Part shown: positions 54,924 through 64,000 of the stretch, piece after piece
Layout: the number at the start of each line of letters is the position of its first letter
Numbering within the stretch: position 1 is the first letter of the stretch
Sequence record: PV340851.1
Direction: 5' to 3' (one strand)
DNA: 64,000 nt
The notes under the pieces: generated by a model
Told to the model about the DNA's origin: nothing
Seen by the model: the letters and a program-made list of their open reading frames with translations, nothing else
Database searches by the model: none
Position numbers and translations under genes: made by a program

Positions 54924-57900
54924 TTATGCCTGTGCTTCCGTCCAGGAAATACGGAAGTCAACCGCTCTCCTGTTTGAACCACGACCACCACCGATGTTCG
55001 TTACTTTAACCGCTAGAACTTCAGGACCATCAGGGAAGACACCTGTTGGATTGGGTGCTGTAGTTGCAGCGAGTTGATCGCCACCACCACCAAGGATAGA
55101 GTTGGAAATTTCTTTCACTCGTCCTAGGTCATAGTCAGCAACACCAGAGTCAGCGTAGAAACCGTAGATAACTTCACCACCAACCAGTTCGTTCGTAACA
55201 GTTGCTGCACCCTGTGTTAGGTCTGCATACTGTGCTAGTGATGTACCACCAACGTTGATCCAGTTGACAGAGTTAGTAATGTTTGGATTCAATACTAGTT
55301 CTACAAAGAAAGGACCGTTCGCCGACACCTCTGCAGTTCTAAGAACCAACTGCATTCTATTGATCAGTTCTCTAGTACCGAATGCACCAGGGATACCGTT
55401 ATCAACAGAAGGTGATGTACGAATAGCAAGCAACGCTTTCGTGTCGCCAGAGTTAATCTCACGACCAGTTCTGGTTCCGACCGTGTATACATATGCTCGG
55501 TCATCGTCGTATAGACCTTCCATGATGACCGATGAACCCCAGTGACTAATCTGTGGAACAGATGTAGAACCTACTAGTTCAACACTAATTGGTTGTGTTG
55601 CACTGTAAGTAAATGTCTGTGCTGCTGCAGATCCAAGAGGTGAGAAGATAACACCAGTTGGGTTAGCAGAGAACACTGCTTTGCTCAACTGAATGGTTGT
55701 TCCACTAATGCTGTGGACAATAGTATCAGAAGGAATGCCATCGCCAATTACATACTGACCTTTCTGGATACCAGAAGCATTACTTACTGTGCCCTGAGAC
55801 GCACCAGAAGCGATTGTGAGGGTGACACTGGTAGCACCTGCCTGTTCTCTAGTCACGCCCGTGAAGACGCCTGAGGAGGCACGGGACAGTGGAGATAGTG
55901 CAGAACCTGTCTGACTGGTCAAGGTCTTTGCAACAGCAGAAGGACCACTCTGTTCGGAGATTGTGAAACCACCTGTGGTTGTACTTACAACGTAGTATAC
56001 TTTGTTAGCAGCAACGTTAGCAAAGGGAGTGTCAAATGTGACAGTCTGAATGCCACCACCTGCTAGACCAGCAGTGCTAGAAACTTGAATCAGGTTGTTA
56101 CCAGAAGTTGTAGCAATAACGTCTTGAGCAAAGACTGTCTTACCTGTATAGTTTACATATTCTTGTGTGCCTGTTGTTGCACCTGTTGTCTGTCTGATTC
56201 TTAGAGTGCCAGAGTCAGGGAAGTGAGAAGGTGCTTGAGCAACATAAAGACTGCTGTCACCACTACCAATAGTCTTAGTCGATGTGGTATTAGGTGGCAG
56301 TGTATTAACTTCATAACGAGCAGGCAGGTTACCTGATCTCATGTATGCTTCAGTGTTAGCATTGTTGTTAGGAATCTTGTGAGCGTAGATGATGTTACCA
56401 TCTTCTGCACGGAAACCCCAGCGGATGAAACCAGCACCATACCAGGAGTAGTCCATATAGAACATCTGCATTCTGGTTGGGTCAATCGTGTAACCAGTTT
56501 TACCAGTTCCATCACAACGGTCCAAGTTCCAGTCTGCCTGATTCCATTCTGTTTCTACAGTCTTGGTGACTGGTACGTTACCTGCGGATGGTCCACGATA
56601 ATCAGGGAAGATAACCATTTGAGTATCAGAGATGATACCATCAACACGGTAAGAAGAACCACGGATGACAACATAGTCACCAGGCTTCAGTTGCTTGGAG
56701 AACTTAGTGCCCTGTAGGTTAGGACCAGTGTAACTAGAAACTAGGGTGTTGCCGTTGGTTACTGTGACCTTACCAGACAACTGATAGGTAGAAGTTCTAC
56801 GAACAACACTGAGGTTGCCACTAGCATAACGGAAGAACAGACCATTTTGTTGGTCCATCATACCGATCTCTAGTTTAGTACCATAACCACCGACAGGAGT
56901 TACAGTGTACTCACCTGTCGCTTCAGTTTCAGTTGGAGCAACAGGTACTGTATACTCAAAAGTATATGGATCAACAACGTTGGTTACCTCATACTGTCCG
57001 TTGTATGTGTTATCACCAACACCACGGACATCAATAACTGCACTTCTAGTTACGTTGTGAGCAACAGCAGATACAACAGTTACAGTTGTACCAGATGCAG
57101 TGATGCTATCTAAGTTTTCGATAGCAGGTTCTAGGATAGAACCAGTTGAGAATGATACGCCTTTACCAGACTGATAACGGAAGTAACGTTTGGTCTGTCT
57201 GATTGCCTGTTGGTTTTTAGAGTGTGAGTTAGTAGAGAACTTAACACCACCATCAAATGCTCTGTGTACAGAAGAACCTTGTGGTCTTGGGTATAGTTTG
57301 ATAGTACCAGATGCAACACCACCACTAGGAGCAGCAGTTGGGAAGTAGAAGAATGTGTTTGGATCCTGTACTCTAGCAACAACCCAAGATCCATTAACGT
57401 TAGAACCATTAGATCCAGCAACTGCGATTTCATTACCAACTTCTAGACCGTGTGCTTGTGATGTAGTTACTTGAACAGAACCAGACATACTACCACTACC
57501 AGATGCTAGTGTAATTGTGCCACCAATAGAAGAATTCGTGTAGTGAATGCCCTGATATACAGCAGTTCTAGCAGAGTCATAGATGTTAGTTTGACCTGCA
57601 GTCCACTCGTATGTACCAGTATACTTGAATGATGTGGAGTCTGCACTATCAACAATGAAGACACCGTTAGCACCAGGGAAGGTAGTATCTTGTACGTAGA
57701 TAGCACTACCTGCTGCTGGTGGACTTGCTGCAGAAACTTCAAACTCTCTCAGGTTATTACTGTTAGCACCAGCTTGAATTTCTGTAATGGCAATTACATC
57801 CTCAGACTTATATGCAAATGGGTTGTTGTTGATCATCGTCAACGATTCCCACTTCGTACCCTGAGTACCATACTCAAAGTCAGTATCAATCTGTGACTGA

Positions 57901-58241
57901 GGGTTAGACACCCTCATCTTGTTTACGGAGTCATGATATGCTTCGGCAGGTTCAATTCTTTCCTCAAAGTCATCCACAATAATCTGCAACTTGTCTGTGT
58001 CAGACATCGTTGTAGTGTCATACGCTAGGGTTACCCTAGTCGTAGTAACGTTTCGGATATCAGTAGCGATGGTGTATGCTGTCGCAGTTAGTTCTGGATC
58101 CGAGAAGTTGTAGATAACTTTGTTATCAGTAACGTTGGTAATTAGAATCAACTGCTCTCTTTGAACACCACCAGGAATCACTACCTGTCTTTCCGAAGCA
58201 TCAAACAGATAATAATTACTTAGGATAGTTTTTCTTGCCAT
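54924..58241 (-). CDS. Large virion structural protein (1105 aa)
   Basis: Thr/Ser/Gly-rich beta protein with repeated HGL/HNV-type modules; minus-strand ATAAATA at 58274-58280. Confidence 0.8.
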   Translation of the reverse strand: MARKTILSNYYLFDASERQVVIPGGVQREQLILITNVTDNKVIYNFSDPELTATAYTIATDIRNVTTTRVTLAYDTTTMSDTDKLQIIVDDFEERIEPAEAYHDSVNKMRVSNPQSQIDTDFEYGTQGTKWESLTMINNNPFAYKSEDVIAITEIQAGANSNNLREFEVSAASPPAAGSAIYVQDTTFPGANGVFIVDSADSTSFKYTGTYEWTAGQTNIYDSARTAVYQGIHYTNSSIGGTITLASGSGSMSGSVQVTTSQAHGLEVGNEIAVAGSNGSNVNGSWVVARVQDPNTFFYFPTAAPSGGVASGTIKLYPRPQGSSVHRAFDGGVKFSTNSHSKNQQAIRQTKRYFRYQSGKGVSFSTGSILEPAIENLDSITASGTTVTVVSAVAHNVTRSAVIDVRGVGDNTYNGQYEVTNVVDPYTFEYTVPVAPTETEATGEYTVTPVGGYGTKLEIGMMDQQNGLFFRYASGNLSVVRRTSTYQLSGKVTVTNGNTLVSSYTGPNLQGTKFSKQLKPGDYVVIRGSSYRVDGIISDTQMVIFPDYRGPSAGNVPVTKTVETEWNQADWNLDRCDGTGKTGYTIDPTRMQMFYMDYSWYGAGFIRWGFRAEDGNIIYAHKIPNNNANTEAYMRSGNLPARYEVNTLPPNTTSTKTIGSGDSSLYVAQAPSHFPDSGTLRIRQTTGATTGTQEYVNYTGKTVFAQDVIATTSGNNLIQVSSTAGLAGGGIQTVTFDTPFANVAANKVYYVVSTTTGGFTISEQSGPSAVAKTLTSQTGSALSPLSRASSGVFTGVTREQAGATSVTLTIASGASQGTVSNASGIQKGQYVIGDGIPSDTIVHSISGTTIQLSKAVFSANPTGVIFSPLGSAAAQTFTYSATQPISVELVGSTSVPQISHWGSSVIMEGLYDDDRAYVYTVGTRTGREINSGDTKALLAIRTSPSVDNGIPGAFGTRELINRMQLVLRTAEVSANGPFFVELVLNPNITNSVNWINVGGTSLAQYADLTQGAATVTNELVGGEVIYGFYADSGVADYDLGRVKEISNSILGGGGDQLAATTAPNPTGVFPDGPEVLAVKVTNIGGGRGSNRRAVDFRISWTEAQA

Positions 58242-58279
58242 TACAGACTGCCGTAGATATTCTTTGCTTTATCTATTTA

Positions 58280-61200
58280 TCAGACACCGTACTTGCCACG
58301 GGTAGCATTGAAGTTCTGGGATACTTCTGCTGCTGTTAGAACTTTACTATACATTTGAACTTCACCACACTCCATAGGTTTGTATTGTGCTAAAGCACTA
58401 TCAAGTCTACCACCAATTACCATGGGGTATCTTGTATTGCCATCCAAAGATCCAACTGTTCCAGTGTTAGTTGCTGTTCCAGCATTAGCACCATTTCTGT
58501 ATGGTGTTAGAGTTTGTGTTGAAACATCCCAAGTGAAAGCATCACAAGTCCACTCATCAACTGTTGGGAAAGTGTATTGGAAAGCAACATTATTATTGCT
58601 GGAATCTCTAACAGCAGCAGACCAATTGTTAGTTCCTCCTTGACCTAATACCCATCCACTGAAAGGAGAAGAAGCTGCTCTCTCAAACAAACCACCTCTA
58701 CCACCAGTGCCAGTAATCTTATACCAAAAGACAACACTAAAGTCTGCTGATCCAGGTGCCATTACACTACTTGATTGGATGTAATCATTTGTTCCATCAA
58801 ACTCAAAATACCCAGCAGGATTGAATGTAGCTCCGTTGATTGTGCCAGGGAAAGAATTACTTGAGAGGTTCTTTACTGTGGTTGGTGCTCCAACTGAGGT
58901 AGCATATGTTGGAACATAATTTCCAGCAGTAGATGCTTTTTCAATTTGTGGTCCCCAAATATAGAGTGCCTTATCTAATTCTCTAACAATAACTGGATAA
59001 GCATTAGCTTGATTTTGAGGTGTGAAAGTCCAAGTAAATCTTTGCCACTTATCAGTAGCAGTAAAATCAGATGGGTTTTGTGTTGGAGAAAATAAATTCA
59101 TAGCGAAAGTAGTTGTCTCTCCATCTGCTGCTCTAACCCACACAGACATAGTATGAGTTTCTGTTCCCATGGCACCAATACCATCATAGATGTATTGTGT
59201 TAATGTAGTAGTTGGTTGCCATTTAGTAGCAGTATAATCTCCAACTGGCGAAAGAACATCAGTTGTATTAGTCGTTACACCATTCGGACCCTGTAAATTC
59301 CAATTGGAACTACCATAATTTGTGCTGTTATCATATAAGTTATGTGCTCGATTATAAGTCGCTCTGTTTCCAAAGTCATAGTTCAGAAGCAAGTTGCTAT
59401 CAGTTACAATACCAGGACCAATCCTAGGTGCTGTGTCAGGTGCTTCGTTGATATACTTAGACTTGGTGGCGTTGTAGTTTTGGAATACTTGTTCTGCTCT
59501 TAGAGCTTTTGGATAGATACGAACTTCACCAACTTGACCATCAAAATATCTACTAGCTAGAACGAACCCTCTGCCAAGTATAAGGTTTCTGATTTCTCCA
59601 TACCAAGTATTACCAGCGGTTCCATTTTGACCACCTGTTCCTACAAATTCTCCGTTGATATAAGCAGATCCATCTGATCCCAAAGGACCAGCGATAGAAA
59701 GAACAGCGTGATTCCATACGCCTGTGGTGATTTCCGCACCTGGCGATGGAAAGTTTCTATTGTTATCATCTAATGGAGCACCCCAATACCACGAGCAATT
59801 ACCACTAGCATTAATTTCAAGTCGTGGTCCTATGTTTCCTGATTGTGTGGTGCCAGTAGCATTATTTACATGGTAGTTACAGTCAATAGGATTCTGCCAG
59901 TTGCTGAGAGTATCTGATTTAAACCAGATCTCTACAGTCATTTCACTAAAGTCTCCTGGAATCTCACCGATCTGTAAGATTTCTGATTGATCAAAGTTAT
60001 AAGCACCACTAACTATGTCAGGAGCATGTTCAGTTCCAGCAGCATTTTCTGGAGTGTTGTTTGCGTTGTTAGTATAGTATCGTAATGGATTAGGACCATC
60101 TACAAGTTGAGCTCCCCAGAGATACCATAGGTCTCCTGTCTCATTATTCTCGTTGTATCCACCGATAGCACCACTTCCTGTATTGTTAGCAGTGAACGTC
60201 CACACTACTCTATGCCATTCAGTATCTGTTGGTTTGTAAACAGTGCTGGAAGAAACATTTTCTAAAATATTTCCATCACGATCAGCAAAACTAATAGTGC
60301 TATTGCTAGCTCCAGCATATAATACTTGGAAATTCCACTGAGCGTTTGTAGTAATTGCTTTCATCCACCAAGAGTAGGTGTATGTTTGTCCTGCTACAAA
60401 AACTCCAGCTGGAACACCATACTCAAGTCTTCTGCCACTAGTAGCACTGATATTATATTTCTCTGCTCGGACGCCGACACCAAGAGGATTGGCAATATCA
60501 TTAGCAGTAATATTTACATTAGTAGATTGTCTAGTCCATGTATTATTTGGTGTTGGTGAAGTATTAGTTGAGGCAGGTGACAGCGATTCCGAAAGACCGA
60601 TATAGTTTTTCTGTGGTGGAACTCCATACTCATCAGTAGTATATTCTCTAGTTTCAAAATCAGCAGGTCTAATAGCAGGACTGCCACTGTATTGAATGAC
60701 ACCAGCGTCTTTGATATTAACTTTCTTCTTAGTTACTTGTGTAGCATAGTCATCAAAGATAATATGATTAGCAGAGAAGGGAGTCTTTCTTAGATCACTG
60801 CTATCAAATCGTACAGAACCATCATCTAGTCTGCCGATTTTGTCTGTGATATTTAAGATTTCATATCCCTGATTGATGCCAGTGCCATCAGGATATTGGA
60901 ATGCACCTAGACCATTACCAGATGTACTTACTTTACCAAAGACATATCCTTCGGGTGTGTTAGTGATAGAGATTCTATCTTCATCAACAAATGCTAGGTA
61001 GTAGAATGATGAATCAGCATCTAGTACAGGATTATCAACGAAAGAAGATGAGTCACTGATCAATGATCTTCTCCATAGCAAGGTTCCATTCTTGGAATAC
61101 TTACTTAGAGCTGCACCATCCTCAGTTGTGTTGGACCAGTAACCTAGGACAATGACTTGCTCTGTTTGATTGTCTGCAAAGACACGACGATGACTCATGT

Positions 61201-62146
61201 GTGTGCCAGCACCATTGTTTGATTCTCTTTGCCAGATTAGATTACCTTCCGCACTATATTTTCCAATCCATCCAGTCCTATCACTACCTCTAAAGAAACC
61301 AAAGGTAGATTGAATATGACCTACAACATATATTTGATCTTTATCATCAATGTGTATACCATCAAGTCTTGTTTGATGATCGAAGGATGATGTTTCTATG
61401 TCTGCTTGTAGAGATTTGTCCCATAGAAATTCACCGCTAGTGGTAAACTTGATCATGTAACCTTTGGTTTGATCAAGGTCTACGATATCACCAACAGCAA
61501 CTAGTTGTCCTCTACTATTACAAGCAATGCCAAACAATTGTATTTTGTTTGAACTTCCACCAACAGTAGAAACTTTCTTACCCCATAGAGGGTTGCCATT
61601 TAGATCATACTTTTCTACAACTGCTTCGCCAGTAAGTCCACTATATCCACATGCATAGTATCCAGTGCTGTCAGATGTAACACTACGATAGTTTATACCA
61701 CCTTGGTTACTAGTAGACTGCCATTGGACAACGCCTGTTGAATAACTATACTTGCCAATCCATGGTGTTGTTCCATTAACGTTACCACATACAATTAGAT
61801 CACCATTAGAATCAACGTGAAGGTTTTCTAGAAATGCAAAATTAATGGCAGCATTATTGTCAGTAGAAACAATTCTTGTCTCGTAGTCTAGAGTTGTTGT
61901 TGTGGTTTCTTGATTGTAGTCTCTTTTATCAAAGAAACCATAACTAACCAAGTTTAAGTTTCTACCAGACCCAGCAATGACATACTTTTCATCAGATTCA
62001 ATGTATCTAATTTGTTCTACATCAATGTAACCATCACCTGTACCATTATCTTTATCAATATACTTGAAGAAGTTCTGGGCAACCTGCTGCCCCGAGGAAC
62101 CTAAAAGAAATAGGTTCCTTGCTGCGCTGTTATATGAAACTGGCAT
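58280..62146 (-). CDS. Tail-associated adhesin: beta-propeller with LamG/ConA-like and carbohydrate-binding modules
   Basis: Repeated (K/V)(Y/F)...G...W propeller blades; two LamG-type ends (QNYNATK, QNFNATR). Confidence 0.75.
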   Translation of the reverse strand: MPVSYNSAARNLFLLGSSGQQVAQNFFKYIDKDNGTGDGYIDVEQIRYIESDEKYVIAGSGRNLNLVSYGFFDKRDYNQETTTTTLDYETRIVSTDNNAAINFAFLENLHVDSNGDLIVCGNVNGTTPWIGKYSYSTGVVQWQSTSNQGGINYRSVTSDSTGYYACGYSGLTGEAVVEKYDLNGNPLWGKKVSTVGGSSNKIQLFGIACNSRGQLVAVGDIVDLDQTKGYMIKFTTSGEFLWDKSLQADIETSSFDHQTRLDGIHIDDKDQIYVVGHIQSTFGFFRGSDRTGWIGKYSAEGNLIWQRESNNGAGTHMSHRRVFADNQTEQVIVLGYWSNTTEDGAALSKYSKNGTLLWRRSLISDSSSFVDNPVLDADSSFYYLAFVDEDRISITNTPEGYVFGKVSTSGNGLGAFQYPDGTGINQGYEILNITDKIGRLDDGSVRFDSSDLRKTPFSANHIIFDDYATQVTKKKVNIKDAGVIQYSGSPAIRPADFETREYTTDEYGVPPQKNYIGLSESLSPASTNTSPTPNNTWTRQSTNVNITANDIANPLGVGVRAEKYNISATSGRRLEYGVPAGVFVAGQTYTYSWWMKAITTNAQWNFQVLYAGASNSTISFADRDGNILENVSSSTVYKPTDTEWHRVVWTFTANNTGSGAIGGYNENNETGDLWYLWGAQLVDGPNPLRYYTNNANNTPENAAGTEHAPDIVSGAYNFDQSEILQIGEIPGDFSEMTVEIWFKSDTLSNWQNPIDCNYHVNNATGTTQSGNIGPRLEINASGNCSWYWGAPLDDNNRNFPSPGAEITTGVWNHAVLSIAGPLGSDGSAYINGEFVGTGGQNGTAGNTWYGEIRNLILGRGFVLASRYFDGQVGEVRIYPKALRAEQVFQNYNATKSKYINEAPDTAPRIGPGIVTDSNLLLNYDFGNRATYNRAHNLYDNSTNYGSSNWNLQGPNGVTTNTTDVLSPVGDYTATKWQPTTTLTQYIYDGIGAMGTETHTMSVWVRAADGETTTFAMNLFSPTQNPSDFTATDKWQRFTWTFTPQNQANAYPVIVRELDKALYIWGPQIEKASTAGNYVPTYATSVGAPTTVKNLSSNSFPGTINGATFNPAGYFEFDGTNDYIQSSSVMAPGSADFSVVFWYKITGTGGRGGLFERAASSPFSGWVLGQGGTNNWSAAVRDSSNNNVAFQYTFPTVDEWTCDAFTWDVSTQTLTPYRNGANAGTATNTGTVGSLDGNTRYPMVIGGRLDSALAQYKPMECGEVQMYSKVLTAAEVSQNFNATRGKYGV

Positions 62147-62158
62147 TAGTTGTTATCC

Positions 62159-64000
62159 TCAGCTGAAGTCTGTGTTGCCTTGTCCGAATACTTTGGTTAC
62201 ACCAGAGTTATCCTTAACGATGATAAAGGTTAAGATGTCAGTGTTAGATGTAGCAGTTGGTGGTGAACCACCAGACCATTGTACGCCAGTGCTGATGTCT
62301 ACTCCATCAACACTACAATCATCACCATATGTAGCAGCAGTATTACCTGCAAGAATCAGAGACAGTGTAATCGATTCGCCGTTGCTCAAACTTACACTAG
62401 TGAACGCCCACTTATTAATAGCAGTAGAAGCAGGTGTACCCAGAATGGTGTTAGCACCAGCAGTATTAATAGTTAGTGTATTAGATGAAGGAGTGAGGGA
62501 AGTATTGTAACTAAAGAATACTTTTTCTTTGACTCTACCACCTAGTCTGATGGCACCATCAACATCCAATCCAGTTAGTGTACCAACAGATGTCAGCGAA
62601 GAGTTGACAACTGATGTACCTAGGTCTGTGCTGCTGATTAGTAGTTGGTTAGCAATAGAGATCTGCTTACCTGCTTGCAGTTCCAAACTCTCGGAGAAAG
62701 TCCAGTATTTGATGGATCTAGTTCCATCATAAATCATGCTCTTATCAGTGGTTCCCTTCAGGATCAAACCACCACCAGTTGCTGCCAGGTCAGAAGGACC
62801 ATTAGCAACAATGGATGCAGTACCGTTACCAGTTACAGTGTTAGAAAGGACTGCTTGGTTGCCACTAATAGAAACGATAGTACAATTGGTTCCTAGTTCA
62901 ATACCATCAGTGATGGAAGTTACTTCCATGCCAGGAATCAGACCAGCAGTAGGTGTGATGTTTGTGATGGTTGTAGAACCAGTTGTGGTTGTTGCTGTGA
63001 CAGTTACAGTAGAGACAGCAGCAAGTTCGACTGCTTTGTCATCGACCGATATGACGTTGGAGTTAATAGTTGTGGTCGTACCGTTGACTACCAACGATCC
63101 GTTCAGGATAGTATCACCGTCAACAGTAAGATCATTTGGTACAGTAACATTGAAGCTGCTATTACCTCTAATCCATGCCTCAGTAGAAGAACCAATTACC
63201 AACTGGTTGTTACCAGTCAGGTTAGGTGGTGCATAGGTAGCGTTGGTTGCGTTCTCATCAGGAGAAGCACCGATCAGGACGTTACCAGAACCAAGGCAGT
63301 TGAAACCTGCATAGTGACCGATACAAACGTTGTCATTACCTACAGTATTATTTTGCAATGAGTTCATACCCAATGCACAGTTACGTAGTCCATCCTCATT
63401 GAGAGTCATGGAACCAGCACCGATCGCAACGTTCTTCTCACCATCACTGTTGATCTTCAGTGCCTGGTAACCAAATGCAGTGTTGTTGTCTGAGTCGTTA
63501 ACAAATAGTGCTTCATAACCAAACGCAGTACAGTTACCACCAGCATTGTTTGCTTGTAGTGCCTTGTTACCCATCGCAGTGTTAGTTGCAACAGAACCAC
63601 CACCACGACCGACAATCATCGGTACAGTGTCACCGCCACGGATAGAGATGTCAGAATTTTCGGAGTTAAGAATACCGTTGATAGTAATAGTATCAGCAAC
63701 AGAAGTACCAACGGTCAGATCTTTTTCTACAACCAAATCACCATTGATTGTGGTAGTACCACTGGAGTTACCCATATTCAGGGTAGTAGCAGCAGTACCA
63801 AAGTTCAGGTTTGTTACACCACTTACCAAGCAATCAAATGCTGTGGACGTGGTGACAATACTGGTCAGGAAGATAGGAGACTGTTGGAATACTACACTAC
63901 CAGTACCAGTTGTGTCTGTGATAAGACCACGCAACTGAGTAGAGGTTGTAGATGAGAATGATGCCAGAGTGTCAGACTTATATGCAACCTCACCACCCAG
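62159..64000 (-). CDS. Tail fibre protein, 5'-truncated by the window edge
   Basis: Frame is open to base 64000; N(T/V)A.G..AL beta-roll repeats and DILTF near the C-terminus. Confidence 0.8.
   Translation of the reverse strand: MGGEVAYKSDTLASFSSTTSTQLRGLITDTTGTGSVVFQQSPIFLTSIVTTSTAFDCLVSGVTNLNFGTAATTLNMGNSSGTTTINGDLVVEKDLTVGTSVADTITINGILNSENSDISIRGGDTVPMIVGRGGGSVATNTAMGNKALQANNAGGNCTAFGYEALFVNDSDNNTAFGYQALKINSDGEKNVAIGAGSMTLNEDGLRNCALGMNSLQNNTVGNDNVCIGHYAGFNCLGSGNVLIGASPDENATNATYAPPNLTGNNQLVIGSSTEAWIRGNSSFNVTVPNDLTVDGDTILNGSLVVNGTTTTINSNVISVDDKAVELAAVSTVTVTATTTTGSTTITNITPTAGLIPGMEVTSITDGIELGTNCTIVSISGNQAVLSNTVTGNGTASIVANGPSDLAATGGGLILKGTTDKSMIYDGTRSIKYWTFSESLELQAGKQISIANQLLISSTDLGTSVVNSSLTSVGTLTGLDVDGAIRLGGRVKEKVFFSYNTSLTPSSNTLTINTAGANTILGTPASTAINKWAFTSVSLSNGESITLSLILAGNTAATYGDDCSVDGVDISTGVQWSGGSPPTATSNTDILTFIIVKDNSGVTKVFGQGNTDFS

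Noticed and set aside
63240-63600. Periodic repeats in the tail fibre gene as a diversity-generating or tandem DNA repeat
   Set aside because: The repeats are at the protein level (N.A.G..AL beta-roll) with diverged DNA, and no reverse transcriptase or template repeat is in the window.

Overview
This window is part of a T4-like cyanophage (cyanomyovirus) genome. A Synechococcus host is most likely, given zwf, gnd, talC, petE, two hli genes and two tRNAs. Gene order: head and tail morphogenesis (g19 partial, g20, g21, g22, g23, g3); uvsY, uvsW, g55, g47, g46; a zincin/vWA protein with cobS; replication genes (g45, g44, dam, g62, regA, hsp20, g43, uvsX, g41, mazG); a late block of poorly characterised genes; primase and nrdA/nrdB; an accessory region (petE, many signal-peptide or membrane proteins, an SNase-like nuclease, zwf, gnd, a lysozyme-like gene, tRNA-Arg, tRNA-Val, talC, a halogenase, an outer-membrane protein, hli genes); and a minus-strand block of large virion or tail-fibre genes that runs off the end. 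I saw no introns, inteins, CRISPR arrays or transposases. The strongest leads are: (1) a late operon combining a PD-(D/E)xK-like nuclease, a KxDG ligase-like protein, an HxGH nucleotidyltransferase and a small SH3-like protein; (2) a candidate -1 frameshift at A_AAA_AAG; (3) a closed RNA of about 180 nt with three covarying pseudoknot modules; (4) a ROSE-like element on hsp20; (5) an NtcA box with a 7-codon uORF upstream of a small Cys-rich gene; (6) an HLR1/RpaB site on the hli promoter; (7) a back-to-back antisense promoter at g55. All family assignments come from motif reading and recall, not database searches, and novelty could not be verified.
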